Positions 18,267 to 29,876 of a stretch of DNA of 64,000 nt are shown in pieces (the first letter of the stretch is position 1; each line of letters opens with the position of its first letter). The notes under the pieces are model-generated. The model was not told the origin of the DNA and did not search any database. It saw nothing but the letters and a program-made list of their open reading frames with translations. The position numbers and the translations under genes were made by a program. This DNA is from Gemmatimonadota bacterium (lineage in GTDB: Bacteria > Gemmatimonadota > Gemmatimonadetes > Longimicrobiales > Gaopeijiaceae), in NCBI GenBank assembly GCA_034521595.1, contig JAXHMG010000003.1:1216001-1280000 (forward strand), given 5' to 3'.

Positions 18267-19070
18267 TCAGATCGTGATGCCGCGCTCGCTAGCCCGGATG
18301 AACGAAAGCAAGTGGCGCACTTCGGGAATCGAATCGACTTCCTCCTCGGCCTTCCGGAGGGCGTCCCGTAGCCCGAGGCTCGACTGGAACAGGATCCTGT
18401 ACGTTCGCTTGAGCGCCTTCCGGACTTCGTCGGAGAACCCGCGCCGTTCGAGCCCCACCGAGTTGAGCCCGAACAACCGCGGCGGGTTACCCGCCGCACG
18501 GCAGTATGGCGCGACGTCCTGGGATACCCGCGAGCCCCCACCCACGAATGCGTGAGCGCCGACCCGCACGTACTGGTGGATGGGCGTCAAACCACCGACG
18601 ACCACCCAATCCTCGAGGAGGACATGGCCGGCCATGTTCACGGAGTTGGCCAGGACCACGTGATTGCCGAGCTCACAGTCATGGGCCACGTGCGAATAAG
18701 CCATCAGGAGACAGTCGCTCCCCACTACCGTGCGACCGGAGGCGGACGTGCCTCGGTTGAGCGTCGCGAATTCCCGGATGACCGTTCGGTCGCCGACCTC
18801 CAGAAGGGTCCGCTCACCCTGGAATTTCAAGTCCTGAGGGTCGGTCCCCAACACGGCTCCGTTCTGAACCTGGCAGTCCTCACCGATCACGGTATCCCTC
18901 TCGATGGTCACGCGAGGACCGAGCTCGGTCCCGTCTCCGATGCGCACCCGGGGACCGACCATGGCCCAGGGTCCGACGACGACCCCCTCGCCCAGCTCCG
19001 CTTCGGGGTCCACCAACGCGGTGGAATGAATTCGCGTGCCCGATCGTGCACCGACCGTCGTATTGCTCAT
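18267..19070 (-). CDS. lpxA: UDP-N-acetylglucosamine O-acyltransferase
   Basis: Hexapeptide repeats, PQDLKF, IREFATLNRGT, MAYSHVAHDC, GLNSVGLERRGF; ATGA overlap with the upstream gene. Confidence 0.96.
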   Translation of the reverse strand: MSNTTVGARSGTRIHSTALVDPEAELGEGVVVGPWAMVGPRVRIGDGTELGPRVTIERDTVIGEDCQVQNGAVLGTDPQDLKFQGERTLLEVGDRTVIREFATLNRGTSASGRTVVGSDCLLMAYSHVAHDCELGNHVVLANSVNMAGHVLLEDWVVVGGLTPIHQYVRVGAHAFVGGGSRVSQDVAPYCRAAGNPPRLFGLNSVGLERRGFSDEVRKALKRTYRILFQSSLGLRDALRKAEEEVDSIPEVRHLLSFIRASERGITI

Positions 19071-20356
19071 TTGTCTACGATCCTTGCCATGAACTCGGCC
19101 TCGGCGACGATTTGCTCGTCGACGAATCCCAGCCCTTTCATCTTGCAGGTATTTCTCCGGTGCTGGAGAATCTCCAGCTCGAAGACCAGAGTGTCCCCGG
19201 GAACGACAGGCTTCCGCCACTTCACGTTGTCCATGGTCATGAAGTAGACGACCTTGCTGTCCCGGTCCTCGACATCTTCCATCAGGAGGAGCCCACCGAC
19301 CTGGGCCATCGCCTCGACGATGAGGACACCCGGCATGACCGGGTGTCCCGGATAGTGCCCTTGGAAGAACGGCTCGTTGATGGTGACGTTCTTGATCCCG
19401 ACGATCCGCTTCCCCTCCTCGTAGTCCGTGATCCTGTCGACCAGGAGCATCGGATATCGGTGGGGCAAGCACTGCATGATCCTTGCCACGTCCACGATCG
19501 GGTCCCGTCCACTCCTCCGCGCGTGATCCCGAATCCGCCGGGCGAGCGCAACGTTCCCCGAATGGCTGGGTCGCTCCGCGACGATTCGGGCGTCGAGGCG
19601 GGCACCGAGCAACGCGAGATCTCCCACCATGTCGCCGACCTTGTGCCGGAGGAACTCGTCCGGGAACCGCAGCCCCCCTTCGTTCATGACACCGGCGTCG
19701 TCGAGGACCACCGAGTTCTCGAGCGATGAGCCACGAGCGAGCCCTCGGGCGCGTAGTGCTTCCGCATCGGCCATGAACCCGAAGGTGCGCGCGGGAGCCA
19801 GCTCCGCGCCGAACCCGTCCGGACCGATGTGGAAGGCCCCGTATTGGCGCCCGATCACCGCATGGTCGAAGTCGATGGTCGCCGAGATCTCCAACCCGTC
19901 ATTCGGAAGCGCCACGTACGACTGCCCTTCCGTCCCTTCGACCGTCAGCGGCCCGGAAACCTCGAGCCTTGGGACGGACGGGCCCTGCTCGGTTTCTCCG
20001 GCATCACGGAGCGCCTGCATATAGTCGCGAAACGATCCGTCACGGATCGGCGCTTCCGGCCCATCGAGGTCGATGAGGAGGTTGGTTATGCCGAGCGCTC
20101 CCACGCTCGCCATGACGTGTTCCACCGTGTGGACCTTCGCCTCGCCGGCCGCCAGGGTCGTCCCGAGATCGGTATCCAGGACATGGTCGAGGTCGGCGGG
20201 CACCACGGGTGCCCCTTCCAGGTCGGTCCGTCGAAAACGGACGCCGGTGTCGGGGTCCGCCGGGCTGAACGTGAGGCGAGCGGAAGCTCCGGAGTGCACG
20301 CCGCACCCCTCGAGAGTAACGGAGCGGGCGACAGTACGTTGACGGGCAGCGCTCAT
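19067..20356 (-). CDS. lpxC: Bifunctional LpxC deacetylase / FabZ dehydratase fusion
   Basis: LpxC motifs (GVHSG, TVEH, ARTFGF, RHKVGD) fused to FabZ motifs (LPHRYPMLLVD, NEPFFQGHYP, MPGVLIVEAMAQ). Confidence 0.95.
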   Translation of the reverse strand: MSAARQRTVARSVTLEGCGVHSGASARLTFSPADPDTGVRFRRTDLEGAPVVPADLDHVLDTDLGTTLAAGEAKVHTVEHVMASVGALGITNLLIDLDGPEAPIRDGSFRDYMQALRDAGETEQGPSVPRLEVSGPLTVEGTEGQSYVALPNDGLEISATIDFDHAVIGRQYGAFHIGPDGFGAELAPARTFGFMADAEALRARGLARGSSLENSVVLDDAGVMNEGGLRFPDEFLRHKVGDMVGDLALLGARLDARIVAERPSHSGNVALARRIRDHARRSGRDPIVDVARIMQCLPHRYPMLLVDRITDYEEGKRIVGIKNVTINEPFFQGHYPGHPVMPGVLIVEAMAQVGGLLLMEDVEDRDSKVVYFMTMDNVKWRKPVVPGDTLVFELEILQHRRNTCKMKGLGFVDEQIVAEAEFMARIVDK

Positions 20357-20483
20357 GCGAATTCGGCCGAAGGCGTGGTCCGGCGAACAACTCGCCCGGG
20401 ACCGTGGGAGTCCATCGAGAAAGTTAACGGAATCGGAGTGCCGTAGTAGGGTATCCGCAGCCGGACTATCGGGGATCCCGGCG

Positions 20484-21623
20484 TCACCCTTCGCCCGCCC
20501 CTTCGGCTACGTCTTCGGCTGCGTCTTCGCGCCCCTGGCTCCCGTCCCCGTCGGAGCGTTCGACGCGCAACTGCCGTACTTCCTCCTCCAGGGCGTCGAG
20601 GCGGTCGAGGAGCTTCGGAATACGGGTCAGGTGGGCTTGACGCCGCAGGTCCTCGCGGTGGGGTCGGGCCGGATGTCCCGAGACGGTCTCCCCCGAGGGC
20701 ACGTCCCGGAGCACCTTGGTCGCCACGGCGATGCGGGCACCATCTCCGATATCGAGATGCCCGATCGCGCCGGCTTGTCCGCCCATCCAAACGCCCGTGC
20801 CGATTCGGGTGGATCCGGCCACGCCGACGAGCGCGGCGACCAGGGTATGAGGCCCGATGCGAACGTTATGCGCGATTTGGACGAGGTTGTCCACCTTGAC
20901 GCCGTGTCCGAGCACGGTGTCCCCGATGGATCCGCGATCGATCGTCGTATTCGCGCCGATCTCGACATCGTCCTCGATCACGCAACCTCCGACCTGGGGG
21001 ATCTTACGGTGGGCTCCTTCGACCTGGGTGTAGCCGAATCCGTCCGCACCCAGACGCGCCCCCGCATGCACCCGCACACGGGCGCCGACCCTCGTACCGG
21101 GATATACGACCACGTGGGGATAAATGTGACACTGCTCGCCGATATCCACGTTGGATCCCACGACGCTGTGCGCACCAATCCAGGTTCCGTCGCCCACGAC
21201 CGCGCCGTCATCGAGCACCACGTAAGCCTCGATGGTGACATTCTGCCCCAACCTCACTCCATGTCCGATCACCGCGGTCGGATGGACTCCCGAACGACGG
21301 GCCGGCGGTGGCGGATGGAGGCGGGCGATCAATGACGGGAGCGCTTCATGCGCGCTCGTCACGACGACGCTCGCCATGGACGGAGGTACGGACGGGGCGA
21401 GCTCCTCCGACACCAAGACGGCGCCCGCGGTGCTCTCGGGGGCGTACCGTACGTACCGTTTGCTCGCCAGCAAACCGAGCTCGCCGGGGCCGGCCTGATC
21501 GATCGGCCGCAGGGCGTGAACGCGAATATCGGGATCGCCCTCAACCCGTCCACCGACCAAGCGCGCCACTTGTTCGAGCGTCAATCCGGCTGGCACGGCA
21601 TGCTCCTCATCGCGCTGCGTCAT
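20484..21623 (-). CDS. lpxD: UDP-3-O-acyl-glucosamine N-acyltransferase
   Basis: GADGFGY, KIPQVG, DVEIGANTTIDRG, KVDNLVQIAHN. Confidence 0.96.
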   Translation of the reverse strand: MTQRDEEHAVPAGLTLEQVARLVGGRVEGDPDIRVHALRPIDQAGPGELGLLASKRYVRYAPESTAGAVLVSEELAPSVPPSMASVVVTSAHEALPSLIARLHPPPPARRSGVHPTAVIGHGVRLGQNVTIEAYVVLDDGAVVGDGTWIGAHSVVGSNVDIGEQCHIYPHVVVYPGTRVGARVRVHAGARLGADGFGYTQVEGAHRKIPQVGGCVIEDDVEIGANTTIDRGSIGDTVLGHGVKVDNLVQIAHNVRIGPHTLVAALVGVAGSTRIGTGVWMGGQAGAIGHLDIGDGARIAVATKVLRDVPSGETVSGHPARPHREDLRRQAHLTRIPKLLDRLDALEEEVRQLRVERSDGDGSQGREDAAEDVAEGAGEG

Positions 21624-21775
21624 TCATGCCCCCTCCCCAGAAGCGGACGTTTCCCGTCGCCTGCCCGTTAACCGGCACGTCTCCCGGGCCGGTCCGGGAC
21701 ATACGAAGGGCCCAGGCGCATGTTGCGTCCCGGGCCCTCCGGCGTTCACTCGCTTCCCGTCGCGACCGCTAACCG

Positions 21776-22318
21776 TTATCGGTCGCTTCCGCCGGGGCTC
21801 TCCTCGTTCCGCGCAGCGAGACGCTCGATGACGTCGTCGGTCACATCGAGCGCGGGATCGGCCGCGACCACGGAGCCGGCCGCCACGTCCAGGATCAGGT
21901 CATAGCCGCGTTCCTCGCGGATCTGCTCGATGATCTGGGTAATCTGATCCATCACCGGCTGCACCAACTCCGCGCGGCGCTGCGCGGCTATCTCCTGCAA
22001 TTGGTTCCCACGCTGTTGGTACTCTTGCATCTTGGCCTGGATCTGCTGCTCGCGATTCTTCCTGGCCTCCGGAGAGAGCGTCAGCTGCTGTTGCTGATAC
22101 TGCTGCTCCATGCCCCGGATCTCCTCTTCCAGCTGTTGGATCTCCTGCTGGTACCCCTGCATCTCACGGTCGAACTGAGCCTGGGCCTCCTGAGCCCCGG
22201 GAGCCTCGTTCATGACTTCTTGCGAGTTGAGGTACGCGATCCTGAGCGTCTGCGCCTCGGCGGTCCCTGAGACGAGCAGGAAAGCCAGCGCCATGAGCGC
22301 GAACGGGATGCGTCGCAT
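21776..22318 (-). CDS. skp: OmpH/Skp outer membrane chaperone
   Basis: Signal peptide, RIAYLNSQEV, Gln-rich coiled coil, GYDLILD..DVTDDVI; located between bamA and lpxD. Confidence 0.92.
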   Translation of the reverse strand: MRRIPFALMALAFLLVSGTAEAQTLRIAYLNSQEVMNEAPGAQEAQAQFDREMQGYQQEIQQLEEEIRGMEQQYQQQQLTLSPEARKNREQQIQAKMQEYQQRGNQLQEIAAQRRAELVQPVMDQITQIIEQIREERGYDLILDVAAGSVVAADPALDVTDDVIERLAARNEESPGGSDR

Positions 22319-22480
22319 TGTGTTTACTCCCTCTTGTAGGCTGCAGCCGACCGTGGTCCGCCGATGGCGGATGCGTGTACGCGCACGGCCGACCCTGTTT
22401 CGTGGTTCGTAATCCCTAGTGACCAGCATGTTCCCGGGTTCCCACGACCCGAGCGCAGCGGGCATGCAGCCCGCCAATCT

Positions 22481-24940
22481 CTAGAATCCGGGGCCCATGC
22501 GGAAGTGGAACTGCCACCCCGGATCCGGCGCTCCCGACGGCGTGGCTCGGTCGAAGCCATACGCATAATCGAGTCCGATCGGGCCGAACGGGGTGACGAT
22601 CTGCATCCCGAAGCCCGCGCCGCGGAACATCCGTGTCGGATCGATCTCGCCCGGACTCCTCCACACGTTACCGGCATCGAAGAACGCCCCCAGACCGACC
22701 TGCCCGCTCAGTCGGACCGCGTACTCCGCCGTGAGGCTGAAGAACGCGTTACCCAGGCGCTCGATATCCTGCACCCCCCGGGCGCCCTCGGGAACGTAGC
22801 CCACCGGCGTGATGGCGGTTTCCGGATATCCGCGCAGATTCTCGCCGAACTGAACGCCTCCCATCCAGAAGCGGTCGAACGGGAAGGCGTCCGCATTGCC
22901 CAGGACGGCCCCACCCCGGAGGGTGAGCCCGAGCGCCAGGCGGATCCCGCTGTTCGGTGTCTGATCTCCGCCGATGCGACCCGCGGGGACCCACCACGTT
23001 CCGTCGGCCAGAATCCGCGTGAAGTCGCCGTCGCCCCCGAGCACGCCACCATTCAGCTCGACGTTGACGTTCTGTCTCGACCCCACCGTGGGAAACAGCG
23101 GGTGGTCGAGCGTCTGCCGGGTCACTCCCAGCGTGAGCTGGCTCTGGACGCCGGGCGGCAGCCCGAACAGGGACGTGTCGTCCACGTCGCTGAACAGCTC
23201 GTACTTCGTCCGGGAGATCCCGTAGCCGACGGACACGCGGGAGTCCCTGGAGTCGGGCCACGGGAAACCGATGCTCACGTTGGTCCCGATCCGCCGCCGC
23301 CGGCCCGTCGAAAACTGGAAGAATCGGTCACGCGAGTTGAACAGCGAAAGCGATCCGGAAACCCGACTCTGGAAGAGCGCCGGATCCGAATAGCTCATCT
23401 CGAAGCTGTTCAAGTAGCGCCCGAAATCCCAACGTAAGCTGCCCGATTTGGCCTGGCCGAAGAGATTGGGCTGCTCGTACCCGATGAACCCGGAGAGCCC
23501 CACACCTCCCCCGACCGACGTACCGAAATTGACCGACCCCGTCTGCTTTTCCTGCACGTTGAACATGATATCCACGTCGCCGTTCTCGAGCGGCTGGATA
23601 TCCGGGAACGGCAACGGCTCCTCGAAGAAGCCCAGGGACGAGATACTCTGATAGCTCCGGATCAGCCGATCCTGGCTGTAGACGTCACCGGGCAGGATCG
23701 AGAGCTGGTTCCGGATCACCCACTCGTAGGTGTACTCGTTCCCGGTGATGCCGACACGGTTCACGATGGCCGGCTCACCCTCTCTGATCTCCCAGCTCGC
23801 GTCGACGGTGGCGACGCCGTCCTCGCCGGCCGGGTTGCGCTGGAGCACCGGGTTGACCTCGACGTAGAGGTAGCCCTCGTTCCTGTACGCTTCCATGAGC
23901 TGTTGCATGGCCGCGTTGAACTCTTCGGCGTCGAAGACCTCACCGGTCAGGTTGCCGTCGCCTCCTCCGATGCCGAGGCTCTGGAACACCCCCCCCTCCT
24001 CGGAGCGGAAGAAGCTCCGGATCTCCTCGGTCGCGAAGCGGGAGTTCCCGTCCACCTCGAACGATCCCAGATGGTACTGCGGACCCTCCTCGATCATGAC
24101 TTCGAGACGGGCCTTACCTGTCTCCGGATCCACGACGAGCGTGTCCGAAAGCACCTGAAAATCCAGGAATCCCCGCGACCGGTACAGACTAGGCAGTCGT
24201 TCCTCGAGGTCCGTTTGGAGCTCGACCTCGTCATACTGACCGGACCGGAACCACCAGAACCCTTCCGGACGCGTCGACATCGCTCCGGTCAACTCGCCGT
24301 CCGAGAGACGCTCGTTGCCCTCGAAGCGTACGTCGGCCACGGTCACGCGATGACCCTCGGTCACGTCGAAGATGATGTCGACCTCTCCGGGCCCGCCCGC
24401 AACCGGCTCGACCCGATCCTCGATCTGAGCGAAGGGGATTCCGCGCTCCGAGAGCTCGCTTCGAATGAACGCCTTCGCGTCGAGGATACGTTGACGGTCG
24501 AGAGGCGCCCCGGTCCGCAAGCCCGTGGTATCCCGAACTTGGCCGGCCGAGACACTCTCCAGTCCGTTCATGACGATCGAACGGACCACGTCCTGCTCTT
24601 CGACCTCGACCACGAGCGTCACCGGCGCCGTCGCGTCCGACCCTCGCGCGCGCACGACCACATCCCGGAACTGTCCGGTCTCCACCAGGGCCTTGATCCC
24701 GCGCTGGATGTCCCGGTAGGTGATGCTTTGCCCTTCCTGGACACCGAAGAGCGCGGTGATGGCCCGGGCCTCCACCCGACGGTTCCCCTCCACCACTACG
24801 GAATCGACGGTCGTCGCTCCAGGCCCTTGCTGGGCGGCCGTACCGGAGGGGGCCCACACAGTCAAAACGACGAGGAAGGTCGTCGCAAATGCGCCGACCT
24901 TCCTCGGTCGCCCGATCCTTCGGTCTGTCTTCGAACTCAC
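22481..24940 (-). CDS. bamA: Outer membrane protein assembly factor
   Basis: POTRA repeats (VEGNRRV, FEGNERL, ITGNEYT), [22 protein letters not shown], terminal Phe. Confidence 0.95.
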   Translation of the reverse strand: MSSKTDRRIGRPRKVGAFATTFLVVLTVWAPSGTAAQQGPGATTVDSVVVEGNRRVEARAITALFGVQEGQSITYRDIQRGIKALVETGQFRDVVVRARGSDATAPVTLVVEVEEQDVVRSIVMNGLESVSAGQVRDTTGLRTGAPLDRQRILDAKAFIRSELSERGIPFAQIEDRVEPVAGGPGEVDIIFDVTEGHRVTVADVRFEGNERLSDGELTGAMSTRPEGFWWFRSGQYDEVELQTDLEERLPSLYRSRGFLDFQVLSDTLVVDPETGKARLEVMIEEGPQYHLGSFEVDGNSRFATEEIRSFFRSEEGGVFQSLGIGGGDGNLTGEVFDAEEFNAAMQQLMEAYRNEGYLYVEVNPVLQRNPAGEDGVATVDASWEIREGEPAIVNRVGITGNEYTYEWVIRNQLSILPGDVYSQDRLIRSYQSISSLGFFEEPLPFPDIQPLENGDVDIMFNVQEKQTGSVNFGTSVGGGVGLSGFIGYEQPNLFGQAKSGSLRWDFGRYLNSFEMSYSDPALFQSRVSGSLSLFNSRDRFFQFSTGRRRRIGTNVSIGFPWPDSRDSRVSVGYGISRTKYELFSDVDDTSLFGLPPGVQSQLTLGVTRQTLDHPLFPTVGSRQNVNVELNGGVLGGDGDFTRILADGTWWVPAGRIGGDQTPNSGIRLALGLTLRGGAVLGNADAFPFDRFWMGGVQFGENLRGYPETAITPVGYVPEGARGVQDIERLGNAFFSLTAEYAVRLSGQVGLGAFFDAGNVWRSPGEIDPTRMFRGAGFGMQIVTPFGPIGLDYAYGFDRATPSGAPDPGWQFHFRMGPGF

Positions 24941-27420
24941 GTTTTTGTCGCCGATTGCGCCTGCAGGATGAGTCGGTCTTCGTCGGGATCCACGCTCACC
25001 TCGACCTCGTCCCCTTCGCTGAACTCGGACTGGAGAATCTTCTCGGAGAGTGGATCCTCGAGGTAACGCTGGATGGCACGCCTCAACGGACGTGCGCCAA
25101 ACTTCTCGTTGTAGCCTTCCTCCACGAGGAAGTTGATCGCCGGCTCGGTGAGCCGAAGGGTGATGCCTTCTTCGCCGAGTCGTACCCGCACGTCCTCCAC
25201 GAGGATATGCACGATCTGTCCGAGCTGCTCTCTCGTGAGCGGATGGAAGACGATCGTGTCGTCGATCCGGTTCAGGAACTCGGGATTGAACGCACGCTCG
25301 ATCTCCTGGGTGACCTTGTCCTTCATCACGTCGTAGCTCGACGTGACCTCGCCCGACTGGAAGCCCACGCCTCCCCCCTTGGAGATATCCCGGGCACCGA
25401 GGTTCGACGTCATGATCAGGACGGTGTTCTTGAAGTCGATCACCCGCCCGTAGTTGTCGGTGAGGTGCCCTTCGTCGAGGACTTGAAGCAAGATGTTGAA
25501 CACATCCGGATGAGCCTTCTCGATCTCGTCGAGGAGCACCACGGAGTACGGCCTACGCCGGACTGCCTTGGTGAGCGCACCCGAATCCTCGTACCCGACG
25601 TATCCGGGAGGCGCGCCGATGAGCCTCGACACGGAGAACTTCTCCATGTATTCGCTCATGTCCACGCGCACGAGCGCTTCCTTGTCGGCGAAGAGGAACT
25701 CCGCGAGCGCACGAGCCAACTCGGTCTTTCCGACCCCGGTCGGGCCGGAGAAGATGAACGAGCCGATAGGCCGTTGTGGGTTCTTGAGGCCGGCACGGCT
25801 CCTCCGGATCGCCCGACTGATCGCCTGGATCGCGTCATCCTGCCCGACGACCCGCTTGTGGAGCTCTTCCTCCATGTTCACGAGTCGATCGGACTCGGTC
25901 TTACGGATGCGTGTGACCGGGATTCCAGTCCACCGACTGACGATGAAGCCGATCTCCTCGTTCGAGATCTCGGGACGGAATTTCTTCCGCTCTTCCTCCC
26001 AAACGGTCTGCTGCTCGCGGATCGACTGACCCAGCTCGCGCTCCTCGTCCCGAAGCTCCGCCGCCCGCTCGAAGTCCTGGTCCCCGATCGCGGCCTCCTT
26101 GCGCTTCGCGATCTCCGAGAGCTCTTCCTTCAGCTCTTCGACCTCGGGCGGCGGCACCTGGCTCGCGATCCGCGCACGAGCTCCCGCCTCGTCGATGACG
26201 TCGATGGCCTTGTCCGGCAGGAACCGATCCGTGATGTAGCGGTCCGAAAGCTTGGCCGCGTGCTCCAACGCCGCGTCCGGAATGATGACGCGGTGATGGT
26301 CTTCGTAATGGCCTCGCAAGCCCTTGAGGATCGCCACGGTCTCGTCCACGGCCGGCGGATCGACGATGACCGGCTGAAACCGGCGCTCGAGGGCGCCGTC
26401 TTTCTCGATGTACTTCCGGTACTCGTTCAGCGTGGACGCTCCGATGCACTGGAGCTCGCCCCGGGCGAGCGCGGGCTTGAGCATATTGGACGCATCGATC
26501 GCGCCCTCGGCCGCTCCCGCTCCGACGAGCGTGTGCAGCTCGTCGATGAAGAGGATGACCGTCTCGCTCTGCTGGATCTCGTTCATGACCGCCTTGAGGC
26601 GTTCCTCGAACTGCCCGCGGTACTTGGTGCCGGCGATCACCGCGGCCATGTCGAGTGCAAGAACACGGTAATCCTTGAGCGCGTCGGTCACCTCGCCCGA
26701 CGCGATGAGCTGAGCCAAGCCCTCCACGATCGCCGTCTTGCCGACCCCCGGCTCTCCGATCAGGACCGGGTTGTTCTTCTTCCGGCGGCAGAGAATCTCT
26801 ACGACCCGCTCGATTTCCGAGGCGCGACCGACCGTCGGATCGAGCTTCTCCTGTATAGCGAGCTCGGTGAGGTCGCGGCAGAAGTGGTCGAGCGCCGGGG
26901 TCTTGGATTTCTTCTCACCCGATTTCTGACCCTCGGGAGCCTGCCCGCCTGCTCCGATACCGGCGGGCTCGGACGGGTTCACATCGGAGCCCAACACCTT
27001 GAGCGTCTCCGCGCGCCCCTCTTCCAGCGTCACTCCGAGGGAGTTGAGCACCTGCGCGGCGATGCCTTTCTCCTCCCGCAACAGCCCGAGCAAGAGGTGC
27101 TCGGTGCCGACGTAGGAGTGATTGAAATCGCGGGCTTCCGCCATGGCGAACTCGAGCACTTTCTTCGCCCGACTCGTGTACGGAAGCTCCCCGAGGGCAA
27201 TCGTCGCCTTGCCTTTCCGGACCGACTCTTCGACCCGTTCGTGGATTTGGTCGAGATCCACGCTGAGGTTGGTGAGAACCGCGGCGGCGACCCCTTCGCC
27301 TTCGCGGATGAGGCCGAGGAGGATGTGCTCCGTGCCGACATAGTCGTGCTGCAGGCGAATGGCCTCCTCGCGCGCCATCGCCAACACTTTTCGCACTCGG
27401 TCGGTGAAGTTGTAGTTCAT
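24937..27420 (-). CDS. clpC: ATP-dependent Clp protease ATP-binding subunit
   Basis: Two Clp N repeats ([18 protein letters not shown]), Walker A GEPGVGKT and [11 protein letters not shown] middle domain. Confidence 0.97.
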   Translation of the reverse strand: MNYNFTDRVRKVLAMAREEAIRLQHDYVGTEHILLGLIREGEGVAAAVLTNLSVDLDQIHERVEESVRKGKATIALGELPYTSRAKKVLEFAMAEARDFNHSYVGTEHLLLGLLREEKGIAAQVLNSLGVTLEEGRAETLKVLGSDVNPSEPAGIGAGGQAPEGQKSGEKKSKTPALDHFCRDLTELAIQEKLDPTVGRASEIERVVEILCRRKKNNPVLIGEPGVGKTAIVEGLAQLIASGEVTDALKDYRVLALDMAAVIAGTKYRGQFEERLKAVMNEIQQSETVILFIDELHTLVGAGAAEGAIDASNMLKPALARGELQCIGASTLNEYRKYIEKDGALERRFQPVIVDPPAVDETVAILKGLRGHYEDHHRVIIPDAALEHAAKLSDRYITDRFLPDKAIDVIDEAGARARIASQVPPPEVEELKEELSEIAKRKEAAIGDQDFERAAELRDEERELGQSIREQQTVWEEERKKFRPEISNEEIGFIVSRWTGIPVTRIRKTESDRLVNMEEELHKRVVGQDDAIQAISRAIRRSRAGLKNPQRPIGSFIFSGPTGVGKTELARALAEFLFADKEALVRVDMSEYMEKFSVSRLIGAPPGYVGYEDSGALTKAVRRRPYSVVLLDEIEKAHPDVFNILLQVLDEGHLTDNYGRVIDFKNTVLIMTSNLGARDISKGGGVGFQSGEVTSSYDVMKDKVTQEIERAFNPEFLNRIDDTIVFHPLTREQLGQIVHILVEDVRVRLGEEGITLRLTEPAINFLVEEGYNEKFGARPLRRAIQRYLEDPLSEKILQSEFSEGDEVEVSVDPDEDRLILQAQSATKT

Positions 27421-27423
27421 CCG

Positions 27424-28554
27424 TCAGGACCGGTCAGGGGAGTCGTCACCGTCGGACTCGGAATCGTCCGCGGAAACGCAACCTTCGGTAGCCAGAACGC
27501 GCCGGACGTAGGCCGCCCGGTGCGCATCGCTCTCCGTCGGAGGTAACTCACGGCCGGCGGCCTGCTCCAGGTGCGCCGACTGTGTGAAGATCATCATCTT
27601 GTTGAGCGTGTATACACGGAGCCCCGGGAGTAGTTTCAGGCCCACGCCCAACCGCACACCGGACAACAAGTTCATGAGCTCTTCGAACGAGAGCGACCGC
27701 GCGTAGCGAAGGAGTCCGTACGCCCGCCAGATCTTGTCCTCCGTGACGCCGAGGGCATCTCGCATGAGAACCTGGCGCGCGTGCATCTCGTACTGGATCA
27801 CCTGTCGCACGACCTTGTCCAGGTGGTCGACGAGATCCTCCTCGGTCTTGCCGAGAGTGGTCTGGTTCGAGACCTGGAAGAAGTTGCCCACCACTTCGGA
27901 GCCCTCTCCGTAGAGGCCGCGGAACGTCAGCCCCACCTGCCCGAGCCCTTGCAGCACCTTTCCGATTTCCTTGGTGAGAACCAAGCCGGGGAGATGCATG
28001 AACACCGAGGCCCGCAAACCCGTGCCGACGTTCGTCGGGCAGCTCGTGAGGAATCCGAACTCGTTGTGGTAGGCGAACGGCAACTCTCTGCCGAGCTCTT
28101 CGTCGAGGCGGTCCACCATGCGCCAAGCCTCTTCGATCCGCAGCCCGGACATCAGGCTCTGCGTCCGCAGGTGGTCTTCCTCGTTCACCATCACGCTGAG
28201 CGGATCCCCGCCCGAGAGATGAACGGCCGCCCCTTCCATGGGTGACTCTCCTTCGTCCCCCACGAGCTCCCTGGAGACCAACCTGCGCTCGAGCAGGATC
28301 TTCCGGGTGCGCAGGTCTGCCTTCGGGATTTCCAGGAGCGTTCCACCCCGTAGCGAGTCGCAACGCGCCATGCACCCGCTGAAGCGCTTTAGCACGGCTT
28401 CACGATCGTTCACCCGAGCCCGGGGCCCGAAGGCATGACCCTGGAGATTCCGCGCCAGCCGGACGCGAGTGGAAAGGACCACGTCCGCGTGGTCCCCGCT
28501 CGCTTCCAGCCAGCTCAGGCCGTAATCCGGGATCGTCGAGAACTCTTCCATCAC
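27424..28554 (-). CDS. mcsB: Protein arginine kinase
   Basis: STRVRLARN, NEEDHLR, CPTNVGTGLRAS, RGLYGEGS, QVSNQTTLG. Confidence 0.95.
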   Translation of the reverse strand: MMEEFSTIPDYGLSWLEASGDHADVVLSTRVRLARNLQGHAFGPRARVNDREAVLKRFSGCMARCDSLRGGTLLEIPKADLRTRKILLERRLVSRELVGDEGESPMEGAAVHLSGGDPLSVMVNEEDHLRTQSLMSGLRIEEAWRMVDRLDEELGRELPFAYHNEFGFLTSCPTNVGTGLRASVFMHLPGLVLTKEIGKVLQGLGQVGLTFRGLYGEGSEVVGNFFQVSNQTTLGKTEEDLVDHLDKVVRQVIQYEMHARQVLMRDALGVTEDKIWRAYGLLRYARSLSFEELMNLLSGVRLGVGLKLLPGLRVYTLNKMMIFTQSAHLEQAAGRELPPTESDAHRAAYVRRVLATEGCVSADDSESDGDDSPDRS

Positions 28555-29066
28555 GCGGGTTCGAGCGAGCGGATCTGGTCACGGAGCTCCGCGGCGCGCT
28601 CGAAGTCCTCGGATTCGATCGCGCGATGCAGGCTCCGGCGCAGCCCTTCGAGTCGCTTCTCCATCTCGGACGCGCTGGGATCGGGCGGCAGATAGACCTT
28701 TCCGACGTGTTGGGTCCCACCGTGCACCCGCCGCAACAGCCGTCGTAGAGCCGGTGCGAACGTCTCGTAGCAGTGCGGACAGCCGAGCCGGCCGGAGTCT
28801 CGGAACTGCTGGAAGGTCAGGCCGCAAAAGGAGCATTCGTGTTCGTCCGACTCCGGCTCTTCCACCTCGTCCTGACCCATCTGGGCCAGAAAGTCGGTGA
28901 GGGGCACGCTGACGGGTTCGGGAGTGCTTTCGAGACCCTTTTCCGCAGCGCATTTCTCGCACAAATGGAACGTCGACATCTCGTTGTCGACGATCTGCGT
29001 GAGGTGGACGACGGCATCCGTCGCGCCGCAATTGCTACAGACCATGTCAGACATGGAACCCTCCAC
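28551..29066 (-). CDS. mcsA: Arginine kinase activator (four CxxC motifs + UVR)
   Basis: CSNC, CEKC, CSFC, GRLGCPHCY, C-terminal [13 protein letters not shown]. Confidence 0.93.
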   Translation of the reverse strand: MEGSMSDMVCSNCGATDAVVHLTQIVDNEMSTFHLCEKCAAEKGLESTPEPVSVPLTDFLAQMGQDEVEEPESDEHECSFCGLTFQQFRDSGRLGCPHCYETFAPALRRLLRRVHGGTQHVGKVYLPPDPSASEMEKRLEGLRRSLHRAIESEDFERAAELRDQIRSLEPA

Positions 29067-29132
29067 CGATTGCTCTCTCGCGTGCCCGGAAGCCCGTGGC
29101 CGCCACGATAGTCTTGGCGCTCATGGGCTACG

Positions 29133-29876
29133 CTACACCGAAGTGGTCGGATGGAGCCGACCTCCTTCGAGGTCCAGGATCCGGTCCGCCATCCCGGCCA
29201 AATCTCCGTTGTGGGTCACCACGACGAGCGAAAGGTTCCGTCGTTCCCTGAGCTCGAAGAGCAGTCCGTGCAACCGATCGCTCGTGCGCATGTCCAGGTT
29301 TCCCGAGGGCTCGTCCGCGAGCAGCACCAACGGTCGGTTGACGAGCGCGCGCGCCACCGCCACGCGTTGTTGCTCACCACCGGACAGCTGCCGGGGCTGG
29401 TGCTGTTCACGATGCTCCAATCCAACCTCGGCGAGCAGCTCCTTGGCGCGCGCCTTCGCCGATGCCTGGTCCGAGGATCCCACGAGCGCCGGCATCATCA
29501 CGTTCTCCAGGGCCGTGAACTCTCTCAGCAGGTGATGGAACTGGAATACGAAGCCCACGTGACGGTTCCGCACCTCCGCGAGCGCCTCGTCGCCGAGCTC
29601 GGAGACGTCACGGCCACCGAGCTTCACCCGGCCCGCCGTCGGCCGGTCCAGGGCCCCCAGGATGTGCAGCAACGTGGATTTGCCCGCACCACTCGCCCCC
29701 GTGATCGCCACGGCCTCGCCGGCCGTCACGCGCATGTCCACGCCATCGAGAATCTCGAGGGTGCTCCCGTCCCCGCCGATGAAGGTCTTGCGCAGGCCTT
29801 CGGCTTCGAGGGGAGGAGGTGGCGTGGAAGACTCCTCCTCCGGCAGGCCGGTGATCGGAGCGAAGCGCTCACTCAT
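29133..29876 (-). CDS. lolD: Lipoprotein-releasing ABC transporter ATPase
   Basis: GASGAGKST, GFVFQFHHLL, LSGGEQQRVAVARAL, ADEPSGNLD. Confidence 0.9.
   Translation of the reverse strand: MSERFAPITGLPEEESSTPPPPLEAEGLRKTFIGGDGSTLEILDGVDMRVTAGEAVAITGASGAGKSTLLHILGALDRPTAGRVKLGGRDVSELGDEALAEVRNRHVGFVFQFHHLLREFTALENVMMPALVGSSDQASAKARAKELLAEVGLEHREQHQPRQLSGGEQQRVAVARALVNRPLVLLADEPSGNLDMRTSDRLHGLLFELRERRNLSLVVVTHNGDLAGMADRILDLEGGRLHPTTSV

Noticed and set aside
19067-20356. LpxC-FabZ fusion as a novelty
   Set aside because: The fusion is already well known, for example in Bacteroidota and Chlorobi.
24889-27546. 885-aa plus-strand ORF, and similar long ORFs (16513..18555, 35097..36737, 38599..40122, 60006..62036)
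   Set aside because: They are antisense shadows of well-supported genes, with no recognisable motifs. Long stop-free reverse frames are expected in high-GC DNA.
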